Assembly: GCA_964631685.1 (NCBI GenBank)
Contig: CAZVZU010000002.1
Coordinates: 96,001 to 160,000 of the forward strand
Length of the DNA stretch: 64,000 nucleotides
Direction of reading: 5' to 3'
From: an uncultured Actinomycetes bacterium
GTDB taxonomy: Bacteria > SZUA-79 > Acidulodesulfobacterales > Acidulodesulfobacteraceae
Numbering within the stretch: the first letter of the stretch is position 1; each line of letters opens with the position of its first letter. Shown here one piece after another: positions 1 through 10,109 of this stretch. A program made the translations under genes and the position numbers. The notes beneath the pieces are model-generated. The model did no database searches and was not told where the DNA came from. It saw only the letters and a list, made by a program, of their open reading frames with translations.

Positions 1-173
1 TCTTTTTCTTCTGGAGCGTTATCTATTTGATCGTAAGATTTAAACAAAGCGCCGCCCTTTCTTGCAAGAACCTTGGTTATTGCAGCAGTTAGCGTAGTCT
101 TGCCATGGTCAACATGACCTATTGTGCCTATATTGACATGTGGTTTCGATCTGTCAAATTTCTCTTTGGACAT
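1..173 (-). CDS. tuf: Elongation factor Tu, 5' part (runs off the window edge)
   Basis: Minus-strand translation from ATG 173: [41 protein letters not shown]; preceded by the Thr-Tyr-Gly-Thr tRNA cluster typical of tufB. Confidence 0.98.
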   Translation of the reverse strand, partial: MSKEKFDRSKPHVNIGTIGHVDHGKTTLTAAITKVLARKGGALFKSYDQIDNAPEEK

Positions 174-225
174 CTAATCCTCCTACGTAATATTTATTTA
201 CCTTGTGATTTAGCAATAATTTCTA

Positions 226-300
226 TGGAGCCCATGATCGGGATTGAACCGATGGCCTCTTCCTTACCAAGGAAGTGCTCCACCACTGAGCTACATGGGC
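226..300 (-). tRNA. tRNA-Thr(GGT)
   Basis: Reverse complement GCCCATG...CTTGGTAAG...GTTCAATCC...CATGGGCTCCA folds as a cloverleaf; CCA encoded. Confidence 0.97.
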
Positions 301-312
301 AACAACCAAATA

Positions 313-389
313 TGGAGCGGGAAACGGGATTCGAACCCGCGACCCTCAGCTTGGAAGGCTGACGCTCTAGCCAACTGAGCTATTCCCGC
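313..389 (-). tRNA. tRNA-Gly(TCC)
   Basis: GCGGGAA...CTTCCAA...GTTCGAATCCC...TTCCCGCTCCA cloverleaf. Confidence 0.97.
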
Positions 390-464
390 AATTACAACCT
401 TATGTTTTGCTGACATTTATATTTATAATATATCTAATACTGTGCTTAATGTACACTGTAATAG

Positions 465-550
465 TGGTGGAGAGGGGAGGATTCGAACCTCCGTAGACTC
501 GCGCCGACAGATTTACAGTCTGTTCCCTTTAGCCACTCGGGCACCTCTCC
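465..550 (-). tRNA. tRNA-Tyr(GTA)
   Basis: GGAGAGG...ACAGACTGTAAATCTGT, long variable arm, ...CCTCTCCACCA. Confidence 0.97.
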
Positions 551-569
551 GTAACCTTCCTTAAATCTA

Positions 570-644
570 TGGAGCTGGCGATGGGAATCGAACCCGCAAC
601 CTGCTGATTACAAATCAGCTGCTCTGCCATTGAGCTACGCCAGC
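570..644 (-). tRNA. tRNA-Thr(TGT)
   Basis: GCTGGCG...CTGATTTGTAATCAG...GTTCGATTCCC...CGCCAGCTCCA. Confidence 0.96.
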
Positions 645-677
645 CTGCAAAATACCACCCCAAGTTTAGAAACTTTA

Positions 678-707
678 ATTTTAACAAAATACTTAACTAT
701 TTGTCAA
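678..707 (-). promoter_or_regulatory. Sigma70-type promoter of the tRNA-tuf operon
   Basis: TTGACA (707-702), 18-nt spacer, extended -10 TGtTAAAAT (683-678), A-tract upstream. Confidence 0.65.
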
Positions 708-746
708 TGTTTTTTTTACAAATATCTATCGTGAATTTCATATTTC

Positions 747-786
747 TGATAATAGCTCAAACTATTATCATTTTTGAGCTATTATC
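747..786. terminator. Inverted repeat/hairpin downstream of tRNA-His (possible terminator)
   Basis: GATAATAGCTCAAA (748-761) is the reverse complement of TTTGAGCTATTATC (773-786). Confidence 0.5.
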
Positions 787-953
787 TCTTTTAACTTAGC
801 CCTCTTTTATGGTGCAATTTCTGATATATTTAATCTCCAAAATAGGGGATACTCATGTAGACATAACGGAAAAAATGTTCTAAGAAAAGTAATTAAATAC
901 GCCTGCAACATCGCAGCTACACGGCACATAAGTATTATTAACCGTCCTTTGAA

Positions 954-1030
954 TGGGGTGGATGACAGGGCTTGAACCTGCGACCGCCGGAGTCACAATC
1001 CGGAGCTCTACCAACTGAGCTACACCCACC
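954..1030 (-). tRNA. tRNA-His(GTG)
   Basis: G(-1)GTGGGTG...CCGGATTGTGACTCCGG...GTTCAAGCCC...CATCCACCCCA; encoded G-1 and C73. Confidence 0.96.
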
Positions 1031-1120
1031 ATATATTTAAGGATAAAAATATCACAATCATACTGCTACGTTATTTTTATTCTAACAGAATTTGATATAA
1101 AATTAAACTTTTTAAACAAT

Positions 1121-1552
1121 CTAAAATATTGCGTCTATTCCAAGCACTTTGCCAGAATCGGTAAAGATTATGAGCAATTCACACATTATAAAGGTAAGAT
1201 TTAAAGCAAATTCCGATTGTCCTGTCCAGAACGTAGCAAGAAGATAGTTCAAATTTAAAAAAAGCCCTACCAATCCCGCAATTTGAGTAATAAACCCTGC
1301 CGTTAAAAAAACACCTACGAACAGCTCACCCATAACTACTAAAGCCGCAAACATAAATGCATTCGGAACAGCGATGTGATTTAAGAACGCACTGTAAAAC
1401 CACAACGGATCATGATTTGCAAAATACAAAAGTTTGCCGCGCATGTGTGAAAAAAAGATAGGATTTAATTTAAGGTGGACGGCATAAAGAAAGTAAATAC
1501 CTATGTATATCCGTAAAAACGCATTCCAGATACCTGCATGTCTCTTAGTCAT
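1121..1552 (-). CDS. DoxX/DoxD-like (TQO small-subunit family) membrane protein
   Basis: About 4 hydrophobic segments; LRIYIG..F, GELFVGVFL.AG, N.NYLLA and C-terminal G.DA motifs. Confidence 0.7.
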   Translation of the reverse strand: MTKRHAGIWNAFLRIYIGIYFLYAVHLKLNPIFFSHMRGKLLYFANHDPLWFYSAFLNHIAVPNAFMFAALVVMGELFVGVFLTAGFITQIAGLVGLFLNLNYLLATFWTGQSEFALNLTFIMCELLIIFTDSGKVLGIDAIF

Positions 1553-1720
1553 AGAAATAATCCCAACCTTTGATTATATATTGATTTACCATTATATAAT
1601 CTATGATATTTTTAACAACGAAAATAATATCATGAAAAATAAATTAAGTCCATTGTCCCGTGAATTAATTTTTATGTTATAATTGATAGAGATAATCTTC
1701 TATTACTTTAAGGAGGCATA

Positions 1721-2866
1721 ATGAAAACCGATTTTTTGGTATCTAAAAAAGGGCAATTTAAAAAACTTGTTTCATACGGTCAAAGCCCGTGGCTTGATAA
1801 TATATCTCGGTGTTTAATTGATTCCGGCGAACTTGAACAATTAGTACAAAACGGCATTATCACCGGAATAACGTCTAATCCGTCTATTTTTGAAAAATCT
1901 ATTAATTCAGGAAAATGCGGATACCCCGAGTTGATTAAGAAACTATCTTCGGAAAAATTAGACCCCTTTACGATATACGACACTATTACGCGTGAAGATA
2001 TTAAAAAAACTGCAGAGATTCTTTCTCCGGTTTTTTTAGAAACAGGTGGCAATGACGGATTTGTCAGCATAGAGGTACCACCTAACATTGCAACAAATGT
2101 CGAAACATCTATAAATGAAGCTCAAAGAATATCTTCACTTATAAACAGAGAAAATGTCCTTATCAAAATACCTGCGACAAAAGAAGGTCTTGAAATTATC
2201 CCCGCACTGCTATCTGAAGGTATAAACGTTAACGTAACATTAATGTTTTCGCTGAACCACTATGTTGATGTGGCAAATGCTTATATGGACGGACTTAAAA
2301 GAGCTTTAAAAAATGGATTTGATTTGAAAAATATTCATTCCGTTGCAAGTATTTTTGTCAGCAGGCTCGACACAATGGTAGACAGTAAATTAGAAGAATT
2401 GATCAGAAATACTGATGACACATCCAAAGAGGAACAAATTGAAAATTTAAAAGGAAAGGCTGGTGTAGCAAATTCAAAAATAATTTTCAAGAAGTATAGC
2501 GAGATCTTTGAGAGTGGTAGTAAATTTGCGTCACTCAGAAAAAAAGGAGCCAATATTCAGCGGCTTTTATGGGCAAGTACAAGCATCAAAAATCCTGCAT
2601 ATTATGACTTAAAATATGTCGAGCCCCTGATAGGTAAAAATACAATAAATACACTGCCGAACGAGACTATCGTGCATATCGCGGAACACGGGAATTTAAT
2701 ACCTGAGACCGCATCTAAAGATATGGACTATTCTATGAAGGTCAATAAAGAATTACTGGAAATAGGTATAGATTTAAACAAGTTCGGAGAAATATTACAG
2801 TCAAACGGCGTAAAATCATTTGAGGATTCATATGAAAAGCTACTTAAATCAATTGAAAATATCTAA
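1721..2866 (+). CDS. tal: Transaldolase (long type)
   Basis: GQSPWLD, GITSNPSIF, VSIEV.P, IKIPAT (Schiff-base Lys), NVNVTL.FS, LWASTS; AAGGAGG RBS. Confidence 0.95.
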   Translation: MKTDFLVSKKGQFKKLVSYGQSPWLDNISRCLIDSGELEQLVQNGIITGITSNPSIFEKSINSGKCGYPELIKKLSSEKLDPFTIYDTITREDIKKTAEILSPVFLETGGNDGFVSIEVPPNIATNVETSINEAQRISSLINRENVLIKIPATKEGLEIIPALLSEGINVNVTLMFSLNHYVDVANAYMDGLKRALKNGFDLKNIHSVASIFVSRLDTMVDSKLEELIRNTDDTSKEEQIENLKGKAGVANSKIIFKKYSEIFESGSKFASLRKKGANIQRLLWASTSIKNPAYYDLKYVEPLIGKNTINTLPNETIVHIAEHGNLIPETASKDMDYSMKVNKELLEIGIDLNKFGEILQSNGVKSFEDSYEKLLKSIENI

Positions 2867-2887
2867 CGGAAGGAGGCATTCAATATA

Positions 2888-4822
2888 ATGGAAATTAATA
2901 AAGGATTTGATAGAGCAGGCCTATCCGAAAAAGAAATAGAATTTTTAAATAATTTTACAAAAAAATGCAGGGGAGATATTTTAAGGATGACTACACTTGC
3001 TAGTTCAGGGCACCCCGGCGGCTCAATGTCATCAATTGACATATATGCTATTTTGTATGGGTTTTGTAATCTGGATAAAACTGAACCCTTTAAACAAAAT
3101 AGAGATAGGATTGTGATAAGCCACGGGCACACTACTCCGGGTGTTTATTCGTCCTTGGGAAATTACGGCTTTTTTGACATAAACGATGCAATTACAAATT
3201 TTAGATGCGCGGGGTCTCCTTTTGAGGGACATGTGGAAAGAACTGTTCCCGGGATAGAGTGGAATACCGGCAATCTCGGACAGGGACTTTCTGCCGCCTG
3301 CGGATTTGCCTTAAATTCCCGCATGAGTAAACTTAAATTTAACGTCTATTGCGTAATGGGGGACGGAGAACAGGCGAAGGGTCAGATAGGAGAAGCAAGG
3401 AGATTTGCAGTAAAGTATAAATTAAACAACCTAACGGTTATTGTAGATAAAAACGGACTGCAAATCGGCGGGAAAGTATCTGATATTATGCCTAACAATA
3501 TTAGAGAAAATTTTTTGGCTGACGGATTTCATCCTATAGAAATAGATGGACATAATTTTAACGAAATATATTCGGCTATAAAAAAAGCCGGGGAAATTGA
3601 TTCGCCGGTGGTCATTATCGCTAATACAATAATGGGGAAGGGTGTATCCTTCATGGAAAATAATCCCAAATATCATGGATCTGTTTTGGGCTTAGATGAC
3701 TGCAGGAAAGCATTATCCGAACTTGGCGAATCGGACGATATTGATGTATTTTTAAAGAAAAAGAAATTAGGGTTGCCAATAAAACCGCTTAGACAAAATA
3801 AGAATAATTTTTTAATCTTAGCTTCAGATGACACAAATATCGTCTACACAAGGGAAAGAGATACAGATAACCGTTCAGCATTTGGCAATGCGCTGTATGA
3901 TATAGCGAAAAATTATAAGGAGCATAACAATTCCGCGGATATTCCTTTTGCTGTGTTCGACTGTGATCTTGAGGGCTCGGTAAAAACGGGCGCATTCAGA
4001 AAAGCTTTTCCCGATAATTTTTTTGAGTCCGGCATAGAAGAACATAATACATCTGTTATATCCGGCGCGTTGTCAATTGAAAATATCCTTACATTTTTTG
4101 CCGATTTCGGTGTCTTCGGAATCGATGAAGTCTATAACCAACAAAGGCTTAACGATATAAATAATGCTAACTTAAAGGTAATATGCACCCACTGCGGCAT
4201 AGATGTCGGAGAGGATGGAAAAACACATCAATGTATTGATTATTTCGGTGCACTTAATTCAACCTTTGGATTTAAGGTTATCATTCCCGCAGATCCTAAC
4301 CAGACCGACAAGGCTACCCGGTATATATCCTCTAATGCGGGTAATTTTGCCTTAATTATGGGACGTTCGATCATCCCTGTAATGTTGGGGGACAATGGAC
4401 AACCATTTTTCGGAGAAGACTATGTATTTAAGTACGGCAAGATGGATATCATCAGAAATGGAATGGATGTGGCTATATTGTCCACCGGGAATATGCTGGC
4501 TCACGCATTAAAGGGGTATGACCTTCTAAAAAAAGACGGGGTAAATCCACTGCTTCTGAACATTTCATGTCCAAGCGACATCGACGTTGAAGATCTAAAG
4601 CTTGCTGCAAAAACAGGTTTTATAGTCACAATAGAAGACCATAATGTAAAAACAGGCGTCGGCACTGTTATAGGATCAATGCTAGCCGAAAACGAAATAA
4701 CGGTAAAATTTAGGAAATTAGGAGCAACATCCTACAACTCTTCTGGTAAAGCTATCGAGTTGTATAAATTGGCAGGCCTCTCGCCACAAGACCTATATAA
4801 TTTTGTCAAGAAGGAAATTTAA
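2888..4822 (+). CDS. tkt: Transketolase
   Basis: SGHPGGSMS, SHGH, GNLGQG, GDGE...N ThDP motif, GEDGKTHQ. Confidence 0.93.
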   Translation: MEINKGFDRAGLSEKEIEFLNNFTKKCRGDILRMTTLASSGHPGGSMSSIDIYAILYGFCNLDKTEPFKQNRDRIVISHGHTTPGVYSSLGNYGFFDINDAITNFRCAGSPFEGHVERTVPGIEWNTGNLGQGLSAACGFALNSRMSKLKFNVYCVMGDGEQAKGQIGEARRFAVKYKLNNLTVIVDKNGLQIGGKVSDIMPNNIRENFLADGFHPIEIDGHNFNEIYSAIKKAGEIDSPVVIIANTIMGKGVSFMENNPKYHGSVLGLDDCRKALSELGESDDIDVFLKKKKLGLPIKPLRQNKNNFLILASDDTNIVYTRERDTDNRSAFGNALYDIAKNYKEHNNSADIPFAVFDCDLEGSVKTGAFRKAFPDNFFESGIEEHNTSVISGALSIENILTFFADFGVFGIDEVYNQQRLNDINNANLKVICTHCGIDVGEDGKTHQCIDYFGALNSTFGFKVIIPADPNQTDKATRYISSNAGNFALIMGRSIIPVMLGDNGQPFFGEDYVFKYGKMDIIRNGMDVAILSTGNMLAHALKGYDLLKKDGVNPLLLNISCPSDIDVEDLKLAAKTGFIVTIEDHNVKTGVGTVIGSMLAENEITVKFRKLGATSYNSSGKAIELYKLAGLSPQDLYNFVKKEI

Positions 4823-6330
4823 CCGTCTTTCCAAAATCTGCCGTCGGTATTAATCAGGTCATTTGCCCTCTTTGGTCCGCATGTACCTGATTCATAGTTT
4901 GGAAATGTTGCGGTTTCTATTTTTGACCAGCCGTTCATTATAGATGTGATTAGTTGCCATGCAATGAGCAAATCATCGTATCTTGCAAAAAGGGTCTGAT
5001 CCCCGATTATTATATCATAAAGAAGCCTTTCGTATGCATCCGGGGGAGAAAGCTTAAATGACGATTTGTAATTAAATACCATATTGACGGGTTCTATATC
5101 CATTTTAAAACCCGGCATCTTGGCACCAAAATTTATAGAAATACCCTCATTTGGCTGAATTGAGATTACAATGGAATTTTGTTTGATCTTTTCTATTCCA
5201 CCCTTTCCGAACAAACTATACGGCAACTTCTTAAAGAAAATGGCTATCTCCGTCTTATGAGTCTTTAACCTTTTGCCTGCCCTCAAATAAAACGGAACCC
5301 CTGCCCATCTATAATTGTCAATATAAAGCCTTAAGGCAGTATAAGTCTCTGTGTTCGAATTTAATGCAACACCCTTTTCCTCTTTGTAACTTACGACAGA
5401 TTTATTGTCAATCAAACCCCTATCGTATTGCCCTCTCACTGTAAAATTTTTTACATCGTTTAAGCTGAATGGCCTGATACTTTTTAGAAGTTTCGCCTTC
5501 TCATTCCTTATGTCATCTGCGTCAAAAAGCGACGGTGGTTCAATGGCAACCAACGAAAGCAATTGCATCATATGGTTCTGCATCATATCCCTTATGATGC
5601 CAGATTTATCGAAATAACCCGCTCTTAAACCCACGCCAATAGACTCTAACGCGGATATCTGCACATGGTCTATATATTTATTATTCCATATCGGCTCAAA
5701 GATAGCATTTGAAAACCTGAACGCTAATATATTTTGAACCGTCTCCTTCCCTAGATAATGATCGATCCTATATATTTCATCTTCTTTAAATACGGAAGCC
5801 AATTTACCGTTCAATTCCCTCGCGCTTTCATAATCATAGCCAAATGGTTTTTCAATTACAATCTTTGAAAAACCACCATTCTTAAATTCGCTGGAGGTAA
5901 GATCTGCTTTATTAATATTATCTATCACAACAGAATAAACACTTGGAGGCGTAGAAAGGTAGTAAACAATATTTTTCGGCATGCTATACTCAGAAGCTTT
6001 AGAAGTAACAAATTTACCTAGTGCCTTATAACTTGACTCATCATCATATTTTGAAGTCAGATAAAATACATGTCTAGAAAAATCTGAAAATACCCGTTCA
6101 TCCACGGGTCTCTTTCTGCAATTCATATTTAAAGCATCAAAAATTGTTTTCCTAAAAGTATCGTCATCAAACTTTGTTCTCGCAAACCCAACGATAAAAA
6201 AATTGTCAGGAAAAAACCCGTCTTCCCACAAACTATACAAAGCAGGAAATATCTTAATGTGCGCCAAATCACCGCTTGCTCCAAAAATAGCAATAATGGA
6301 AGGTTTCATCTCGGCCATACCTATCCTCAT
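4819..6330 (-). CDS. zwf: Glucose-6-phosphate 1-dehydrogenase
   Basis: GASGDLA, EKPFG, RIDHYLGKE, RDMMQNH. Confidence 0.97.
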   Translation of the reverse strand: MRIGMAEMKPSIIAIFGASGDLAHIKIFPALYSLWEDGFFPDNFFIVGFARTKFDDDTFRKTIFDALNMNCRKRPVDERVFSDFSRHVFYLTSKYDDESSYKALGKFVTSKASEYSMPKNIVYYLSTPPSVYSVVIDNINKADLTSSEFKNGGFSKIVIEKPFGYDYESARELNGKLASVFKEDEIYRIDHYLGKETVQNILAFRFSNAIFEPIWNNKYIDHVQISALESIGVGLRAGYFDKSGIIRDMMQNHMMQLLSLVAIEPPSLFDADDIRNEKAKLLKSIRPFSLNDVKNFTVRGQYDRGLIDNKSVVSYKEEKGVALNSNTETYTALRLYIDNYRWAGVPFYLRAGKRLKTHKTEIAIFFKKLPYSLFGKGGIEKIKQNSIVISIQPNEGISINFGAKMPGFKMDIEPVNMVFNYKSSFKLSPPDAYERLLYDIIIGDQTLFARYDDLLIAWQLITSIMNGWSKIETATFPNYESGTCGPKRANDLINTDGRFWKDG

Positions 6331-6352
6331 TTTATGAAAATCTATTACTTAT

Positions 6353-6979
6353 TTATTTTTCTAGTAAAACCCTTGCCGGCGCCCCGTCAGAATCTTTGAT
6401 TTTAATCGGTAACGCGATTAACCTGTAATTTCCCGGCATCACGCCGCAGAGACTAAGCCCCTCAATAATGACAATATTGGAGCTTAAAAGAATCTTGTGT
6501 GTATCATGTCCCATATGAAACCCTTCAACAGAAAGGTAGTCCACCCCAACTAAAATTACCCTTTTTTCTGCGAGATAGCTTGCTCCGTCTGCGTCAACAT
6601 AAACATAATCTTCATGAAAATTTTTATCGCGGTTACTTATCCAAAGCGAATTTTTCGTCTTAAATAGCAATCTTTCGCCTTTTTTTATATCATGCGCCGC
6701 AAGAACATCCCTTGAAATTACACTAATATCTTTGTTTACTTCAATAACCCTGCAATGACCAACCAATGTATTTATGCTTAACCGATCGATACCAACACCT
6801 TCCTCTATAAAATGGTGCGGGGCATCAATATGCGTTCCTGTATGTGTCCCGCAGGTTATTTCACTATTATTTGCGCTATCCCCGTTTTTGATATTAGAAA
6901 AATGCCTAATAGTAACACCGGGGTCGGTCGGCCAGTGAAGCATTCCAGCCTCTATATTCATACTTATATCAATTAACAT
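6353..6979 (-). CDS. Cyclase-family (KynB-like) metal-dependent hydrolase
   Basis: HTGTHIDAPHH metal-binding motif, GVDYLS, H..LL..IIE.L, DGAPAR. Confidence 0.9.
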   Translation of the reverse strand: MLIDISMNIEAGMLHWPTDPGVTIRHFSNIKNGDSANNSEITCGTHTGTHIDAPHHFIEEGVGIDRLSINTLVGHCRVIEVNKDISVISRDVLAAHDIKKGERLLFKTKNSLWISNRDKNFHEDYVYVDADGASYLAEKRVILVGVDYLSVEGFHMGHDTHKILLSSNIVIIEGLSLCGVMPGNYRLIALPIKIKDSDGAPARVLLEK

Positions 6980-7068
6980 CTTACTTATCCTTTTATTGTG
7001 TCATATAACAAACCACCGATGAACAAATGTTTATACTTGGAAGTGGAACAAAGGACACAGCATCCCGC

Positions 7069-7962
7069 TTACTTATGGATAGGGTGTCCGCCGAACTGAT
7101 GCCTCAACGCCGCCAACATCCTTGCGGCATATGAATTGTCTTGTCTTGACCTAAACCTCATAAAAACCGCATCTGCTATCACAGGTGCAGGAACAGCCAT
7201 ATCTATCGCTTCCTTAAGCGTCCAACGCCCTTCACCGGAATCATCAACAATAGGCTTTAAATTATCAAGCTCCGGATCGCCCTTAAGCGCGTTGCGGACA
7301 AGCTCTAAAAGCCATGAACGAATAACAGATGAATGATCCCATAGATCAGCAACCTTTTCAAGATCCAAATCAAAATTGGATGTCTTCATGATTTCGAATC
7401 CCTCCGAGTATGCCTCCATCATTCCATATTCAATTGCATTATGAACCATTTTTACAAAATGTCCCGAACCGCCCCTGCCGGCGTGCAGGTAACCGTCCTT
7501 GGGCGCAAGTGTTTTAAAAATAGGTTCGCAACGGTTGAAGGCATCGTTATCTCCACCAATCATAACACAATAGCCCTCTTTTAACCCCCAAATACCGCCA
7601 CTTGTCCCGCAATCCAAAAATTTAATACCCTTTTTATCGCAAATATCATATCTTCTGAGTGAATCTTTGTAGTATGAGTTACCACCGTCTATAATCACAT
7701 CATCTTTTTGCACATATTCCAACACCTCATCTAACATCTTGTCGGTCGGCTCCCCGCTTGGAACCATTAGCCATACAACCCTTGGAGGAGCAAGCTTTTC
7801 TATCAATTCTTTAATGGAACCTGACCCTATTGCACCTTTATTGATTACATGCTCCTCTTTTGATATTGTCCTATTAAAAACAACAACCTTATGCTTTCCT
7901 TCAAGGAGCCTAAACACCATATTCATTCCCATTTTTCCAAGCCCAATCATCCCTAGTTCCAT
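7069..7962 (-). CDS. gnd: 6-phosphogluconate dehydrogenase, decarboxylating (short type)
   Basis: GLGKMG, DGGNS, GTSGG.WG, KMVHNAIEYG, DSGEGRWT, RHQFGGH. Confidence 0.95.
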   Translation of the reverse strand: MELGMIGLGKMGMNMVFRLLEGKHKVVVFNRTISKEEHVINKGAIGSGSIKELIEKLAPPRVVWLMVPSGEPTDKMLDEVLEYVQKDDVIIDGGNSYYKDSLRRYDICDKKGIKFLDCGTSGGIWGLKEGYCVMIGGDNDAFNRCEPIFKTLAPKDGYLHAGRGGSGHFVKMVHNAIEYGMMEAYSEGFEIMKTSNFDLDLEKVADLWDHSSVIRSWLLELVRNALKGDPELDNLKPIVDDSGEGRWTLKEAIDMAVPAPVIADAVFMRFRSRQDNSYAARMLAALRHQFGGHPIHK

Positions 7963-8017
7963 CTTCCGCGCCTCCTATGTTTAAAATTTTATGTTATGTG
8001 TATTTAAACCTTCTACT

Positions 8018-8046
8018 ATTGTAATACCATTAATGGTCGGAATCAA
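8018..8046 (-). promoter_or_regulatory. Sigma70-type promoter of gnd-cyclase-zwf with a palindrome in the spacer
   Basis: TTGATT (8046-8041), 17 nt, TACAAT (8023-8018); perfect palindrome ACCATTAATGGT at 8026-8037. Confidence 0.6.
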
Positions 8047-8096
8047 CATTGCGCCTGTTAAATTTTTTATCGGCAACCTTTTTTAGCAAGATACAA

Positions 8097-8861
8097 TTAT
8101 TTTCCCGTGAGACTTTTGCCTACCTCCCTCAAAATATCAATTGGAATAGGCATTATCATTGTAGTATTATTGGTTGCAGAAATTTCATTTAATGTTTGTA
8201 AATAGCGAAGTTGAAGAGCGATAGGATTCTCAGAAATAATCTTGGCAGCGTCGCTAAGCTTTCGGGATGCCTGATATTCTCCATCCGCATTGATAACCTT
8301 TGCCCTTCTATCCCTTTCGGCCTCCGCCTGTCTTGCCATAGCCCTTTGCATATCTTGCGGCAAGTCTATTTGTTTAAGCTCTACTATTGTAACCTTGATG
8401 CCCCATGAACCGGTATGCTTGTCTAGTATATCTTGAATCTCTAAATTGATTTTTTCCCTTTCCGATAAGAGTTTATCGAGTTCCGCCTGACCGCAAATAC
8501 TTCTCAACGTAGTTTGCGCAAGCTGCGTCACTGCATAGTTATAATCGTAAACCTGCACTATAGCCTTAAGCGGATCAATAATTTTGTAGTACACCACTGC
8601 ACTAATCTTTAATGTTACATTGTCCTTAGTAATAACATCCTGCGGCGAAACATCTAATGTGATCAACCTTAAGGTCACCTTAACCATCCTATCTATCATG
8701 GGCCATAGGAGTATCATGCCCGGACCCTTAACCTTAAATGCTCTACCCATCCTAAAGATAAGCGCTCTATCGTACTCCCTAATTATCCTCATGGAATTTA
8801 AAATTATAAAAAACGCAATAATGATAATAATTGACAAAAATATAGTCATAATAGTCTCCAA
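8097..8861 (-). CDS. SPFH/stomatin-like (slipin) membrane protein
   Basis: N-terminal TM segment; [36 protein letters not shown]. Confidence 0.93.
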   Translation of the reverse strand: METIMTIFLSIIIIIAFFIILNSMRIIREYDRALIFRMGRAFKVKGPGMILLWPMIDRMVKVTLRLITLDVSPQDVITKDNVTLKISAVVYYKIIDPLKAIVQVYDYNYAVTQLAQTTLRSICGQAELDKLLSEREKINLEIQDILDKHTGSWGIKVTIVELKQIDLPQDMQRAMARQAEAERDRRAKVINADGEYQASRKLSDAAKIISENPIALQLRYLQTLNEISATNNTTMIMPIPIDILREVGKSLTGK

Positions 8862-8878
8862 ATTAAGTGGAATGTTCG

Positions 8879-9337
8879 TTATTTATTATTTTTATCAAAA
8901 GGCTTAACATCTAGCCTTAATTGACCATCTAAATTAATTACAATTGCTTCTGCACCCTTTAATATTTCATAATCAGAATAAGCCGTCCATAATTCACCAT
9001 TAACAAGAATCTTTCCCTCTTTTGTCGATTTAATATCTCTAACAATTTCTCCAACCTCACCTATTAAGGCACTTTTGCCTGCCTTAACCCTTGTTTTATG
9101 TGCTTTATACGCCAAATAGACAACTATAGATATAAATACCGTTAGAACAACGTAGGTTGGCAAAACAATCCTGATAAAAAAACTGGGAACGGTATGCATA
9201 ACCGAAAAAAGCACTATCGTCCCAATAATAAAAAATATTGCGCCGGCAGTCGTAAAGACACCATAGCTCATTGCAAAAAAATCAGCAATAACCAATATAA
9301 AGGCTATAAATATTAGAATATCCGCAAAATAGACCAT
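8879..9337 (-). CDS. NfeD-family membrane protein (short form)
   Basis: TM helices then an OB-fold-like tail (G...LIG..G, G.I.VNGE.W.A); adjacent to the slipin gene. Confidence 0.85.
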   Translation of the reverse strand: MVYFADILIFIAFILVIADFFAMSYGVFTTAGAIFFIIGTIVLFSVMHTVPSFFIRIVLPTYVVLTVFISIVVYLAYKAHKTRVKAGKSALIGEVGEIVRDIKSTKEGKILVNGELWTAYSDYEILKGAEAIVINLDGQLRLDVKPFDKNNK

Positions 9338-9351
9338 AAATTTACTCCCAT

Positions 9352-10074
9352 CTAACTAATTATCTTAGAATACAAATCCCGTATCTTTTTCATATCTTCC
9401 CATGTTTCCCTTTTAGCATTAGTATTCCGCATTAAATAAGATGGGTGATAAGTAGGTATTACCAGAATGCCGTTATAATCAAATTCTTTTCCTCTAACAG
9501 CCGATATTGTCCCTTTATCTGTTCCTATAATAAATTCTGTTGAAAATTTTCCGAGCGTACATATTATCTTTGGACTTATTATTTGAATTTGTTCCTTTAA
9601 AAACGGCGCGCATTGCTTTATCTCTTCTTCAATCGGATTCCTATTTTCCGGGGGACGACATTTTATTATGTTAGCTATGTAAACATCATCTCTTTTGAGA
9701 TTTATAGATTCAATTATTTTTGTTAAAAGCTTACCTGCTCTACCAACAAAAGGTCTTCCCGTGCTATCTTCATCCGCTCCAGGTGCCTCCCCTATAAACA
9801 TAAGTATACTTGAAGGATTTCCCTCACCAAAAACTACATTCTTACGTGTTTCGCTTAATTTACATCTTGCGCATTCGTTTACAACTGAATCCTTCATAAA
9901 TTTTAACTTATCCGCTTTGTTGCTTATACTACTCTTATGTTCCATAACGGGGTCATTTAAGATTTTAGATTCAGACGCAGAAGAACCTACCGTAAAATAC
10001 TCTTTATGACATTCTATAAAATATTTAACATCCTTTAAAAATAGGTGTGTATCAAAACCGAGTGCACAATCCAT
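9352..10074 (-). CDS. Uracil-DNA glycosylase, family 4
   Basis: [30 protein letters not shown]. Confidence 0.92.
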   Translation of the reverse strand: MDCALGFDTHLFLKDVKYFIECHKEYFTVGSSASESKILNDPVMEHKSSISNKADKLKFMKDSVVNECARCKLSETRKNVVFGEGNPSSILMFIGEAPGADEDSTGRPFVGRAGKLLTKIIESINLKRDDVYIANIIKCRPPENRNPIEEEIKQCAPFLKEQIQIISPKIICTLGKFSTEFIIGTDKGTISAVRGKEFDYNGILVIPTYHPSYLMRNTNAKRETWEDMKKIRDLYSKIIS

Positions 10075-10109
10075 GGTATTTATTAAACTATCATATTAAG
10101 CATATAAAA

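Noticed and set aside
105..362. 85-aa plus-strand ORF in the track
   Set aside because: Antisense to the tuf start and two tRNA genes
645..953. Integrated element at the tRNA-His 3' end
   Set aside because: No integrase and no duplicated tRNA 3' end; only very short ORFs in the spacer
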